From positions 992,001-1,056,000 of the forward strand of contig AP026134.1 of the NCBI GenBank assembly GCA_030295235.1: a DNA stretch of 64,000 bases, written 5' to 3'. The DNA comes from Fistulifera solaris. Lineage: Eukaryota. The position numbers and the translations under genes are program-made. The number at the start of each line of letters is the position of its first letter. The first letter of the stretch is position 1. Shown piece after piece: positions 1 to 10,698 of the stretch. Below the pieces are notes generated by a model. That model saw only the letters and a program-made list of their open reading frames with translations, was not told the DNA's origin and did not search any database.

Positions 1-1283
1 AAATGACGAGGTGGTCACACTGTGCACGAAGAACATGGCACTCTATGATAACATGTACAAATTTCAAACCTTCCGTTTGTTGCGGTACATTCTGCCCCAT
101 AATAAAACTTGAGACGTGTCATGACAGACTGTCAATTGCCGGACGCCGGACGACGACGAAAACAATCAAGACTACGTTTCTCGTCGTACCAGTACTGGTA
201 CCAGGTACGTACGTGGTACTGGTAAACGGCAGAGAGCCTCGCCCAAACAAGACTCCACCAAGAGCGCAACGAATCACGAGTCCCGATTGCATCATCGCAA
301 TAAAGTTCGCGCTTGGGCTTGCGCGACCAAATTGAATCATGGGAAAGGCAGCGAAAGGGAAGCAGACGATGATGGATGGATGTGAAGATATTTGTCGCGC
401 ATATCGCATGCACGTCGTTAATCGAAGAGAGTATAAACACATCGCAACAATAGCCACAGTTCCTTGCAGTTTCAAAACGACGAAGGATTCGAATTGCCAA
501 CTGCGGGTTTGCGGTGTGTTCTCCTGCGCAGTGACGGTGGGATGGTTGCACGTCGATCATTTTCCTCAATCGAACGTGATGACAAATAATAGGTCCACGC
601 GAAGTGATAGTCAAACAAATGCATGTGGAGTTTCAAAGGACGAAAGAATTGCTAAGAAAGATCCGGATTTATGGTGAATGTCTGATATTCTTTCAATGAG
701 AATTTCAAACACGAACCAAGCGAGAATGCATCACCACAACAACGAGCCAAACGCAGCAAAAGTCGGGTACCCACCTCCTGCTTCTTTAAAATATGAAAAT
801 GATGCTTGGTTTGATTATGAAAACGCGGCGATTGAAAAATGCCGAAGAAGATGCACCTGAGTGTCAAGGCTTTGATGCCTCGAGAAAAATGGGTAGAAAA
901 CGTTGTTGCGCGAAAGTGTCAACTGACCATGAAACGTCGAGAAAAATAGCGCGCGAAATTTTTCTCCCTCCGCGTCTGAGCTGTGTGTGAGGTGTCCGAC
1001 AGGGAGTAATTGCGTGTCTGAAGTGACTGCTGTAAAGTGTAGACTACGTAAGCACATGTTTTCGGCGAAAGGTCGCCAAAAGTCAGAACGGGACCCAACA
1101 GACAAAGGCCAAGGCCAAAAAAGCGGCCTCATTCATTCATTTTCACGTTGACACCGCATTGAATGGCAGCATGAGCTTCATCGGGCTTACTGTTGTCGAA
1201 ACCAAACAGACAGTTGCGACCTATATGGTTCTAATACAGCCCATCGTGTATGGAGAACCACAGCCTCAAAATAACAGAATAGA

Positions 1284-2189
1284 ATGTCAGAAACATCAAG
1301 GGGAAATGATGATTCGAAAAAGAAAAAAGCGAGCTGGAAAGATTCACTGGCGGGCGGAGCTGCTGGTGCATTTTCTCGATCGGTGATGGCTCCAGTGGAA
1401 CGCGTAAAATTACTGATGCAGTTACGAGATAGAAATCTTCCCTCTCGAACAGCGTGGCAGACTGCAAAGGAAGTGTATGTAGAACAAGGCTTTCTGTCGT
1501 TTTGGAGAGGGAATTTTCCGAATGTTTGTCGTGTGGCAGGAACGGCTGCCATCAATTTTTCGGCTCTTCAAATTTACAAACCCCTCGTGGCACAACGGCT
1601 ACCGAAATCATGGGACAGACAGCATATTTGGACGGGATTTTTGTCGGGTGGTCTGGCGGGGGCAACATCGACTACTTTACTTTACCCGATGGAGTTTGTG
1701 CGCACGCGTCTGGCGATGGACAAGGGCCGAAATACCGCCGAGCGTCTTTACAAAGGAACTTGGGATGTCATACAAAAAATTGGAAGGACAGATGGCATCG
1801 CTGGCTTCTTTCAGGGTTATGGAATAGCTCTTGCGGGTGGAGTTTTTTACCGAGTGATGTATTTGGGAGGCTACGATGCTTTGAAGAGTGAATTTGTGAT
1901 CCGTGATTATGAACTATCATGGGGAGAACGACTAGTACTAGCACAAAGCGTCAGCTTAACTGCAGGGACTCTAGCCTACCCATTTGATTCTGTCCGGCGA
2001 CGAATGATGATGCAAGCAGGGATGTTGAAATCCGAGAGACGATATCACAATTCATTTCACTGTTTTCAAAAAGTGTTGAGTCAAGAGGGAATACGAGGTT
2101 TCTTTTTAGGAATAGGACCGAATCTTTTGCGTTCCATAGGCGGAGCGTTACTGCTTGTCGGCTACGACAGAGTTCGATCTATACTTTAG
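1284..2189 (+). CDS. Mitochondrial carrier, ADP/ATP translocase-like
   Basis: 301-aa ORF with three Px[DE]xx[KR] carrier repeats (PVERVK, PMEFVR, PFDSVR) and the AAC signature RRRMMM. Confidence 0.9.
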   Translation: MSETSRGNDDSKKKKASWKDSLAGGAAGAFSRSVMAPVERVKLLMQLRDRNLPSRTAWQTAKEVYVEQGFLSFWRGNFPNVCRVAGTAAINFSALQIYKPLVAQRLPKSWDRQHIWTGFLSGGLAGATSTTLLYPMEFVRTRLAMDKGRNTAERLYKGTWDVIQKIGRTDGIAGFFQGYGIALAGGVFYRVMYLGGYDALKSEFVIRDYELSWGERLVLAQSVSLTAGTLAYPFDSVRRRMMMQAGMLKSERRYHNSFHCFQKVLSQEGIRGFFLGIGPNLLRSIGGALLLVGYDRVRSIL

Positions 2190-2212
2190 CTCATCAAACA
2201 ATCTAGATGTAT

Positions 2213-3127
2213 TTAGTCTTCTTTACTTTCTTTCAACTTTTTTAATTTCTCCTTCTTTTCCTTCATGTCTTCACGGGATGGTAAAAAATCGGTCGCAATA
2301 TCGCAATCTTGAACTTTGACCATGGGCTGCTTTTCACCTCTCGGTGCCGCTCGCAACTCTACCACATCAAACCAGTAGCGCTTTTTGAGAAAATCGAAAG
2401 CGATCGTGGATCCCTGTGTCAATGCCGAGTAATGACGCAATTCGGTTTCTAAAACGGCTTGCGGGTTGGGAATTTCTTTGGTAAACGATTTGCTGTGCGG
2501 TCGCAGTCTCGCCAACGATCCCGGAGCCACGGTTTGTATCAATTCCACTTGAACGACATCAAACGGCCGTAATCCCAAGGCCCGGAACATCCAAAGAGGT
2601 AAGAAAACGTAGTTAGTGGGAGCCCGGAAATCCAGTGGTCCACCGACAACTTTGTCCAGCGCTTGCAACGGTTGATAGGGAGTGATGGCGTCCTCGCCAT
2701 AATCTTTGTAGGGAACTCGTTCGCTCGTGACCCCTTCAATACGCGATACAGAGTACAACCAAGGTACATCGGCATCATTCAATGCAATAGCTGGCCAAAA
2801 GTTGGACGGTAAACTCATTTTATCTCCTGTTTGCACGTGACCATGTGAAAATATGCCCATGGCTGGATCGAAGCGATCATCGAGCGGCAGAGCCAGTAAC
2901 CGACGATGCCGTACCGCTTGAGCCTGATTTTCGGAAGTCGCAATCCATTGAGCATTGTAATCCGAAACGGACTGTTCGAGATTAGCCATATCTTGTGCTT
3001 TTTGCCAGCGCTGTGTGAACATTCCCAACAGCGATGATTTGGATGTCGATGAAGCGACCGAGGGCGGTGTCGTTATCAGTATCAATAAGCCGCATTGGAG
3101 ATTGAAAAGAGGATTGATTATTCTCAT
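2213..3127 (-). CDS. Ufd1-domain protein with N-terminal leader (probable symbiont-type/SELMA Ufd1)
   Basis: UFD1 motifs GDKMSLP, DFRAP..VFLPLWMFRALGL, LRPHSKSF..IPNPQAVLETELRHYSALTQG. ATG at 3127 gives a moderately hydrophobic leader (MRIINPLFNLQCGLLILITTPPSVAS). Confidence 0.8.
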   Translation of the reverse strand: MRIINPLFNLQCGLLILITTPPSVASSTSKSSLLGMFTQRWQKAQDMANLEQSVSDYNAQWIATSENQAQAVRHRRLLALPLDDRFDPAMGIFSHGHVQTGDKMSLPSNFWPAIALNDADVPWLYSVSRIEGVTSERVPYKDYGEDAITPYQPLQALDKVVGGPLDFRAPTNYVFLPLWMFRALGLRPFDVVQVELIQTVAPGSLARLRPHSKSFTKEIPNPQAVLETELRHYSALTQGSTIAFDFLKKRYWFDVVELRAAPRGEKQPMVKVQDCDIATDFLPSREDMKEKKEKLKKLKESKED

Positions 3128-3365
3128 GACAGACCTTTGAAGGTAATTGGTGAGTGAAACGAGTAAAAGTTGGAGGGAAAGAGTAACAATTGTACTGGTA
3201 CTTGTAATAAGAAAAAGCTTGACCGATTGCTTGTTGCTCGCTATTCTCGCTTTGCCGCATTGCCGCGTGGAGGGAAATACCGGTACCGAGGGAACGTTTT
3301 CCGATTTCCGATCAGGGATAAGCTTACCGCATTTACTATCGACCAAAGTGAAAGCGACCTTCTCT

Positions 3366-3386
3366 CACGACTACATTTCAGTCACG
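3366..3386. promoter_or_regulatory. 21-bp upstream palindromic motif, copy 1 (CACGACTACATTTCAGTCACG)
   Basis: 19/21 match to the copy at 60701. Lies in the divergent promoter of Ufd1 and kinesin. Confidence 0.55.
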
Positions 3387-3595
3387 TATCATCTTGCCGT
3401 GGATCCCTAAACCTTAACCCTTAACCTTACTCACTCATCGCCATAGAGCTTTTCGTCCGTCGGTCTTTTCGCTTTACCATCATATTCTTCTCAAGACGAC
3501 GATGATGACCAGAAAAGATTCTCGGGTTACAAACAACGGATAGGAAGAATACAATCAACAACGGAGAAGCATTCATTGTAATAAATAAGTAGAAC

Positions 3596-5521
3596 ATGTC
3601 AGAAGGAGTCGAAGAAGAACGGAAGAAACACGTCGAAGTGTGCGTCCGCATTCGACCTTTAGTCATTACGTCGGAATCGAGCAGCTCCTTCTTCCAGGGC
3701 AAACAACAATCTCCTGGGCTAACCTCTCCGGCTCCCGCTGATTCAAGCACGCCCTCTAAATCGCGAAAAAGCTTTCTTCGCAAACCACAAATACCGAGAC
3801 CTTGGGGAAAATCGAAAACACCAGACGAAAAATCAAACGGCAAACCACCTTCACCCGCTGTGTACGCCTGGAAGACCATTTCCGATGATACCGCTACACA
3901 AACTGTCGATTTAGTACCCGGTCGAACGCATACCTATACCCTCGATCACGTGTATGGACCAGAAGCCAGTACAGAAGCATTGTTTGATCGCTCGGTGCTC
4001 GGTCTCGTGCACGCGGCGATGGATGGTTATCACACTTCGGTCTTGGCTTATGGACAAACGAGCACCGGCAAAACGTTTACCATGACCGGAACGCCCAGTC
4101 ATCCGGGTTTGATTCCTTTGTCAATACAGGAATGTTTCAAATATTTGAAACATCGGAAACAGGGACGGGAGTATCTACTGCGTGTCAGTTATTTGGAAGT
4201 TTACAAGGAGCACATCCGTGACTTACTGGCGGCATCGGCAGTTCCCATTCGTCTTTTTGATAGTAATGATGGCCTTATAATCAAAGGATTGCAAGAAGAA
4301 GTGGTCACATCACCGGAAGAGGTCTTTGCGTTGTTAGAAGAGGGTGAAGCACGACGACAAGTGGGAGCCACCAGTATGAATCAACATTCGAGTCGATCGC
4401 ATGTTTTGTTGAGACTTTGGATTGAAAGTCGCGCCGAGAATGAACCACACGGGAGTGTTCGTATCTCGAGTCTTTCATTGGTGGATCTGGCTGGTAGTGA
4501 ATCGGTGCGATTGACGGGAAGCAGTGAGCGCCGAGAGGAGGGTCATTACATCAACAAGTCACTCATGACGTTGGGACAGGTTGTGTATGCATTATCGGAA
4601 ACCGATGATGAGACGAAACGAAAGCACGTTCCTTATCGTGACAGCAAGCTAACACGGCTGCTGCAACCAAGTTTGTCGGGGAGTGCACAAGTTGTGTTGC
4701 TATGCTGTATTTCTCCCATTGCGTCGCATCTAGAAGAATCACACAATACATTCAAATTTGCGTGTCGGGCCAAGAAAATACCTCAGAAGGCCAAAATACA
4801 AGAAGTGAAGGATGAGAAAACTATGTTGGCGGCATACATTGAGGAAATTGAGGATTTGAAACAGCAACTTCAAGAAGCGCGAGAGCAACAAGAAGAATTC
4901 CGCCGGCTAATGGAAAGTGGCGGCGTTTCCTCGGGTACGACCGACACTGTCTCTGACGAGGAAGTCCAAGAACTTGTTAACGCCATTTCGACTATGGAAC
5001 GATTGATTTTGAAAAGTAGTACTATCTCAACACCAAGAGCAAGACCGGGGGACTTTTTCGATGTATCCGACGGGCAGGGAGATAACGATGATGATTTGGT
5101 CGACGATCTTATGGCCTACGCAAGTAATCCGACAACACCGAATGGGGCGATATCCGCAAAATCGACTTTTGCTGATCCACTGGGAGAATCACCGGCTTCT
5201 AACGCGGATATAAAGATGGAATTGGAAAGAATTCAGGGGTTATTGGGCTCTGTTCTGAAGAAGCGAATATCTGGCGGAGCAGAGAACGCCGAACTCGAAA
5301 AGCTTCGGAAACAATTGGAAAAACAACAACAAGCGACAAATCTAGGAAAAGCGGACTCTACTTTCTTGCAAGCACAATTGGATGAAAAGAACAAGCTGTT
5401 AATGGAAGTCTCGAAAATGCTTGAGATCTTGGAAGAAAGACAGGCTCGGTTGGAGGAAGAAAACGATTTATTGAGAAGAGAAATAGCGTTGTTACGACGG
5501 CAGCCAAAGGCCGAACCTTAG
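3596..5521 (+). CDS. N-type kinesin motor (kinesin-7/CENP-E-like) with C-terminal coiled coil
   Basis: VCVRIRP, P-loop YGQTSTGKT, switch I NQHSSRSH, switch II LVDLAGSE, HVPYRDSKLTRLLQPSL. The subfamily call is less certain than the kinesin call. Confidence 0.9.
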   Translation: MSEGVEEERKKHVEVCVRIRPLVITSESSSSFFQGKQQSPGLTSPAPADSSTPSKSRKSFLRKPQIPRPWGKSKTPDEKSNGKPPSPAVYAWKTISDDTATQTVDLVPGRTHTYTLDHVYGPEASTEALFDRSVLGLVHAAMDGYHTSVLAYGQTSTGKTFTMTGTPSHPGLIPLSIQECFKYLKHRKQGREYLLRVSYLEVYKEHIRDLLAASAVPIRLFDSNDGLIIKGLQEEVVTSPEEVFALLEEGEARRQVGATSMNQHSSRSHVLLRLWIESRAENEPHGSVRISSLSLVDLAGSESVRLTGSSERREEGHYINKSLMTLGQVVYALSETDDETKRKHVPYRDSKLTRLLQPSLSGSAQVVLLCCISPIASHLEESHNTFKFACRAKKIPQKAKIQEVKDEKTMLAAYIEEIEDLKQQLQEAREQQEEFRRLMESGGVSSGTTDTVSDEEVQELVNAISTMERLILKSSTISTPRARPGDFFDVSDGQGDNDDDLVDDLMAYASNPTTPNGAISAKSTFADPLGESPASNADIKMELERIQGLLGSVLKKRISGGAENAELEKLRKQLEKQQQATNLGKADSTFLQAQLDEKNKLLMEVSKMLEILEERQARLEEENDLLRREIALLRRQPKAEP

Positions 5522-5719
5522 GATAAGACTCTTTAGACACAAAACCAACCTTTAACATATGCACGATTTGCCAGTCTGCTTCGACGATCTGTAGCTCTAC
5601 CCCGATCGAGGTAAATTCATCAACTTCCTTTGTTGCTCCCTTTCTGTTCTTCGACCGGAAGATACTGCATTCAAGAGTGAACTAGCAGAAATTTTAAGAT
5701 CTCGTCTGACACTGTAGCA

Positions 5720-6730
5720 CTATAACTCAGCAGCTTCTTTCTTCCTTCGCTTCTTTTCCTCGGCGGCGCTAACCCAGGCTCTACCGAGTGACCAGATCCC
5801 TCTCTTTTCAATCTGTGCCCGAGTCTGTCGATCTTCCAAGATATCTTTCATACCAAAATACTCAGCCCCTTTTCCGCGATAAATTTCAGCAAGGCCTTAT
5901 GCATAGAACGTGCACATCAGTTTACAAAGCAGTGCATCAATGCAAACAATGATTACGGTACGTACCAGCACTCACCAACTCCACCGAAGCATCTTTTGGG
6001 GGGAGAGTACCCCCTAAGGTTGACACCGGGATCGTTTGAACTTGAGCAATGGCTCGTCCATATTGATCTTTTCCTAAGAATGTCACTACCACCTTCTGAT
6101 GGAAAAGAAGTCTCTTTGTGAACGCCTTGGCTTCCTCTGCGAACGGCTGCGACGACTGATTCTTGTTCTTGGCAAGTTCAGGTGTATCGACTCCATACAG
6201 TCGGACTTTTATCGTCTTGTCAGTTAATTTTCCTTTGAGTGGTTCAATAGATTGATTGAATACTGAATATCCAGGACAGTGTCGCACGCGAATGGTATCC
6301 CCGTCAGTGACTCGTTCGACAAATGCGTAAATGGATCTTCTATTGATGAAGAATTCAGCGGGGATATCGCTGACTGTGTCAAACTGCTGCAAAGCAGAGA
6401 AAGGACCCAAAAGCTCTCGTGCAATTGAATCTTTGTCCAGAGCAGTTGTTGCCGCTGAAGCAATATTTTTAGGTCCAGTTACCAAAAAACCCGCTATTAC
6501 TGGCAGTGAGCACCCTAGGTGCTTTATGAAAGACCGTCGAGAGCTACATAACGTCGAAGCGTCGCAGAGATCGGGATGGATATTCGCACGCGAATTGTTA
6601 TCTAGTACGAGGGATTTTGCAATTAATGCGTAGAAAGCGAGAAACTAAGACAGTGCGAGTGCTGCTGTGAGTGTTAAATATTGAGGCTCACATGAAGAAT
6701 CATTTTCCTTACCATTATCGTTCTCAACAT
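5720..6730 (-). CDS. Staphylococcal/thermonuclease (SNase) family protein, 3 exons (6730-6713, 6644-5966, 5895-5720)
   Basis: Catalytic motifs DGDT, VRLYGVDTPE, DQYGR and, after splicing, AGLAEIYRG...RGIWS. GT-AG introns 6712-6645 and 5965-5896 give a continuous frame ending at TAG 5722-5720. Confidence 0.85.
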
Positions 6731-6962
6731 GCTTGTGGTAAGGCGAACGACGGTTTCAAGGAAGTGACGGAATTATGCATGAAGTCTAGAGGGTCGACAG
6801 TCTTCGTTTCGGTTTGATTTTGAGCTCACGAGAAAAAATGTCATGTTGTGTGCCAATGACGTCATAAGCCGTTAGCCGAGGGTGGCTTGATGCGACGCGC
6901 TGCATGCTAGCTTGACCTTCAATCTCAAAAATGTTCCAGCTAATGACTCTTTTATTTGTAAG

Positions 6963-8134
6963 CTACAAGTCCTCTAATCGTTCCTTAGTCACCAGAGAAG
7001 AATGAAGTCGCGACAACCTGTAGCGAATCTCTTTCATATGAGCTCGACTCATCAGATCCATGCACCATCCCCGTTTCAAAATATCCTTCAACTCAGCAGG
7101 CCACGATGCTTTTACATTCGGTATATTCACTTGCAGATGTGCCCCAGGTAGTTTTGGCTTGCGCAGGGCCATAATCTCCCAAAGCAAGATCGAAAACGAG
7201 TACACATCCGCTTTCACGTTGTAAGGTCGTTCCAACAACACCTCCGGACTCATATATCTTCGTGTACCGGCACGACCCGGAAATTTGTATGCTTGATCTA
7301 AATCATCTTGCAGCGGGAGTTCTACTGCCAATCCAAAGTCGAAGAGTTTGAGCGTACCGTTTCAGACTGAAAGCCTACGTTGCTCGGCTTGAGATCCCTG
7401 TATATTATTCTCTTGTCGTGAAGATATTCGAGCGCTGAAGCAATATCCAAACCCACTTTGATTCGCTCGCATAGTAAGGTATCGCTAGCAGTGACTCGTG
7501 GTCGTCGGAGCCAAAAGGGTACCCGTTGTCGCTGTTCCTGGGCCCAGCGCTCCATCCGATCCGTTAACATTTCCGGAAGATAATCGAAAATGAGGAAAAA
7601 AGCGTCCAAACGGGGATTACTCTTATAACTCAGCAATCCGCCAGTAGACCATCCTCGGAGTTTGATGATATTCTCATGATCCAGTGACGAAAGAAAATGA
7701 CCTTCGATAGCTAAATGTTTGGCGCGCGTTGTCAAGTGCTGAAATGTTGTGGTTTCCGTTTGCGTAGCATTCTTCATCACGTATCGCTTCTTTTTGTGAA
7801 CAGTCAGCTCTGAAGGCTTAGATATAGATTTAATCTCATAAACAGCAGCGAACCCGCCGTGGTCTATTAAATTTCCGATTTCAATCTCATCGCGCTTAAA
7901 ATGCGGTAACTTGCTGATTGTTTGCGCACGCCCCGACATGTATTCGGAATTCCCAAGCCGCTTGGAGACACTTTTTAACGTGCTGTCAGCTAGTTGAGCG
8001 GCTACATCCGCAGGCAATTCATGTTCCGAGTCGCTGCTTTCCGCCGAAGTGAAGGTGTCACAAGCTTGCAAAACAGCTTCGGTTTTGTTCGCAATTGCTG
8101 GCAAAAGGTCTCTTCGGACAGTGAAGCGCATCAT
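6963..8134 (-). CDS. Ser/Thr(Tyr) protein kinase (TKL-like), one frameshift near 7360
   Basis: GGFAAVY, YRDLKPSNVGF, LKLFDFGLA (restored by one extra A), GTRRYMSPE, DVYSFSILLWE. Confidence 0.85.
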
Positions 8135-8750
8135 AAATTTTAATTCATTGATGAAACAAGTTGAGACGGATGAATGAAGTATTGTAAACAGATTGATGGC
8201 AATTTAACGTTGCTAAGACCCCAATCGTTTTCACTTTCAATGGATCGTTTTATTATGACGGCCAAGTCTTATGAAGCGGATGAACTGCAGCGAACGGAGA
8301 ACCTCGTTCGCGCACCGCTCCCAGGAATAAAGAACGCGGCGGAGAAGCCCAATTTTTGGTCATTCGATTTCACTATAGAATGAAAAGAACAAAATACGGA
8401 TCTATTCTGCGTTTGGATTTTCTCCCTCCAACGCATCCGCGAGATTCCGAAAGTGCGAGCCGGTATATCAAGTCTGTATTAATTGCAAAAACAAGATCTA
8501 CAATTTAGACTCTACATTCAACATCTCTGAGTACCGTTAAAACTTGACTATATGTATTAATGTAGGTTAGCTTTTCGTCTGACCTTGATCCGCTTTTATT
8601 TGAATTAGAAATGAGAGTGATGTCACTGCGAATTAAAACGCCGCCCCATCACCGTAGCAAAACACCGATTTTTCCGCATCGGCTTGTTTGTTAATGATTG
8701 TTATATACTTCCATTAAATCTCTGATTCATTCTCTTTGCTATCATCTACC

Positions 8751-10052
8751 ATGGCAATAGTTCCGCACTACGAGACCCTTGTAATCTCGCTATTATTCTG
8801 CGTGACACAAGCTGCAACTTTCTCCGCCGCGACGTCTTCGGTCTGGTCGAAAGTAGAAACAGGCCCACCGGATGCCATTTTAGGGATTGCGCAAGCCTTC
8901 CGTGAATGTCAAGACGATCGTAAAGTCAATGTCTGCGTTGGAGCGTATCGTGATACCCAAGGAAAACCGTGGGTCTTGCCGACGGTCCGTGCGGCGGAAC
9001 AGAAGTTGTTGGAGAATGATGATCCGAAGGATTATTTGCCAATTGAAGGTGATACGGGGTTCATTACAGAAGCGGTCAAATTCGCGTACGGTCAAAATGT
9101 CGACTTGTCGACAGTGGCGGCTGTACAAACGTTGTCTGGAACCGGAGCCTGTCGGATTGGAGGTGAATTCCTTGCCCATTTTTGGGAAAACAAAAACATA
9201 TATATTCCAACACCAACTTGGGGGAACCACTGGAAAATATTTAAAGAATGTGGTCTAGAGACTCATCCGTATCGTTACTATGATCGTTCTACCAATCGAT
9301 TGGATTTAATTGGATTCATTGAAGATTTAGAGGCGGCACCAGAAGGATCGATTATTCTATTGCATGCCTGTGCCCACAATCCCACTGGTTGTGATCCAAC
9401 ACTGGATCAATGGAAAAGGATCGCCGATGTTCTCGAGCGAAAGGGTCATCTTGCGTTTTTCGATTCAGCGTATCAAGGCTTTGCTTCGGGAGACGCCGAA
9501 CGAGACGCTGCTGCTTTCCGGTATGTTACGGACCGCAAAACTATCCCCGTGCTTCTAGCGCAATCTTTTGCCAAGAACTTTGGCTTGTACGGAGAGCGTT
9601 GTGGTACGCTTTCAATGATTTGTTCGGGCGAAGAAGAGCGTCAACGGCTACTGAGTCAGCTGCGTTGTGTGATCCGACCTATGTACTCTTCGCCTCCTCG
9701 ACACGGAAGCAGTATTGTGAAAACGGTCCTTTCTGATTCTCAGTTGGCGCCTCAATATTACGAAGAGTGTGCCACCATGGCCAACCGCATTCAAGCCATG
9801 CGCGAGCTATTGGTGAAAACTTTGGCTGAAGTAGGTTCGACACATGACTGGTCGCACGTCTCGGAGCAAATTGGCATGTTTGCTTTTACCGGCATGTCGG
9901 AAGAAATGTGCGACCAGCTAACGAAAGACTATGCTATTTACTTGACGCGTGATGGTCGTATCAGTATTGCTGGGTTGAATGATTCGAATATAAGATACGT
10001 TGCTGAGGCGATCCACGCGGTGACAGATGGAAAGAGCATCACAGGGAACTGA
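8751..10052 (+). CDS. Aspartate aminotransferase (class I PLP) with N-terminal signal peptide
   Basis: PPDAILG, VGAYRD, HACAHNPTG, FFDSAYQGF, SFAKNFGLYGERCG (PLP lysine), DGRISIAG. Confidence 0.95.
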   Translation: MAIVPHYETLVISLLFCVTQAATFSAATSSVWSKVETGPPDAILGIAQAFRECQDDRKVNVCVGAYRDTQGKPWVLPTVRAAEQKLLENDDPKDYLPIEGDTGFITEAVKFAYGQNVDLSTVAAVQTLSGTGACRIGGEFLAHFWENKNIYIPTPTWGNHWKIFKECGLETHPYRYYDRSTNRLDLIGFIEDLEAAPEGSIILLHACAHNPTGCDPTLDQWKRIADVLERKGHLAFFDSAYQGFASGDAERDAAAFRYVTDRKTIPVLLAQSFAKNFGLYGERCGTLSMICSGEEERQRLLSQLRCVIRPMYSSPPRHGSSIVKTVLSDSQLAPQYYEECATMANRIQAMRELLVKTLAEVGSTHDWSHVSEQIGMFAFTGMSEEMCDQLTKDYAIYLTRDGRISIAGLNDSNIRYVAEAIHAVTDGKSITGN

Positions 10053-10475
10053 AGGCTAGGAAAAGAAGATAGAGTTGTAATAGCGAAGAATAATATTGGA
10101 CAAGAATTTTTGGCGTAAACGGTACAAGGTGCGGTTATTCTAGCTTTACTTGTACCGTATAATTTTCAGAATAACGGTTTGCGTTTCAAGGAAAATACCT
10201 GTTCCACGTTCCAAAAGTTTACGTATACGAAGTAAACAGCCAGAAAATCTGAGTGAAGAGTATCAGCTCTAAGAGAAAATCTGTGTACGTAAATAAATAA
10301 GTGATGAGAAATCTGTGTACGAAATATTTTACACAGAAATTCCGATTACTGTGAATCACGATCAAATTTTTTTTTTGAAATCATCGGAATTATCAGAAAA
10401 TATTTACGTCGAAAAGCCTTGTGTATTGTTGTCTTTCGTATTTACTATATACCAAATGTGTAAGCGACTTTTCGC

Positions 10476-10496
10476 CACGGCTGAATTTCAGTCATG
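10476..10496. promoter_or_regulatory. 21-bp upstream palindromic motif, copy 2 (CACGGCTGAATTTCAGTCATG)
   Basis: 19/21 match, about 200 bp before the alpha-kinase ATG. Confidence 0.55.
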
Positions 10497-10698
10497 AGAC
10501 AAGTACTATTATTGAACGAAACGTCCATGTGATTGCCTTTCTCTCCCACTATCACATTATCCAAAGTTAAGTGACAACTCGAAACGGAAGAGCGTTGGTG
10601 CAATCACAGCAAAGTCGCAACAAATCGTGGACAACCGTAAACGAACAACCCGAAAAGCTCACAAAAAGTATCGAAAAGCGAAAGTGATCACGTGAAAG

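Noticed and set aside
3..1132. Several short ORFs at the window start
   Set aside because: There are no recognisable domains, and one simply translates the GTAC repeat. Treated as intergenic or unresolved.
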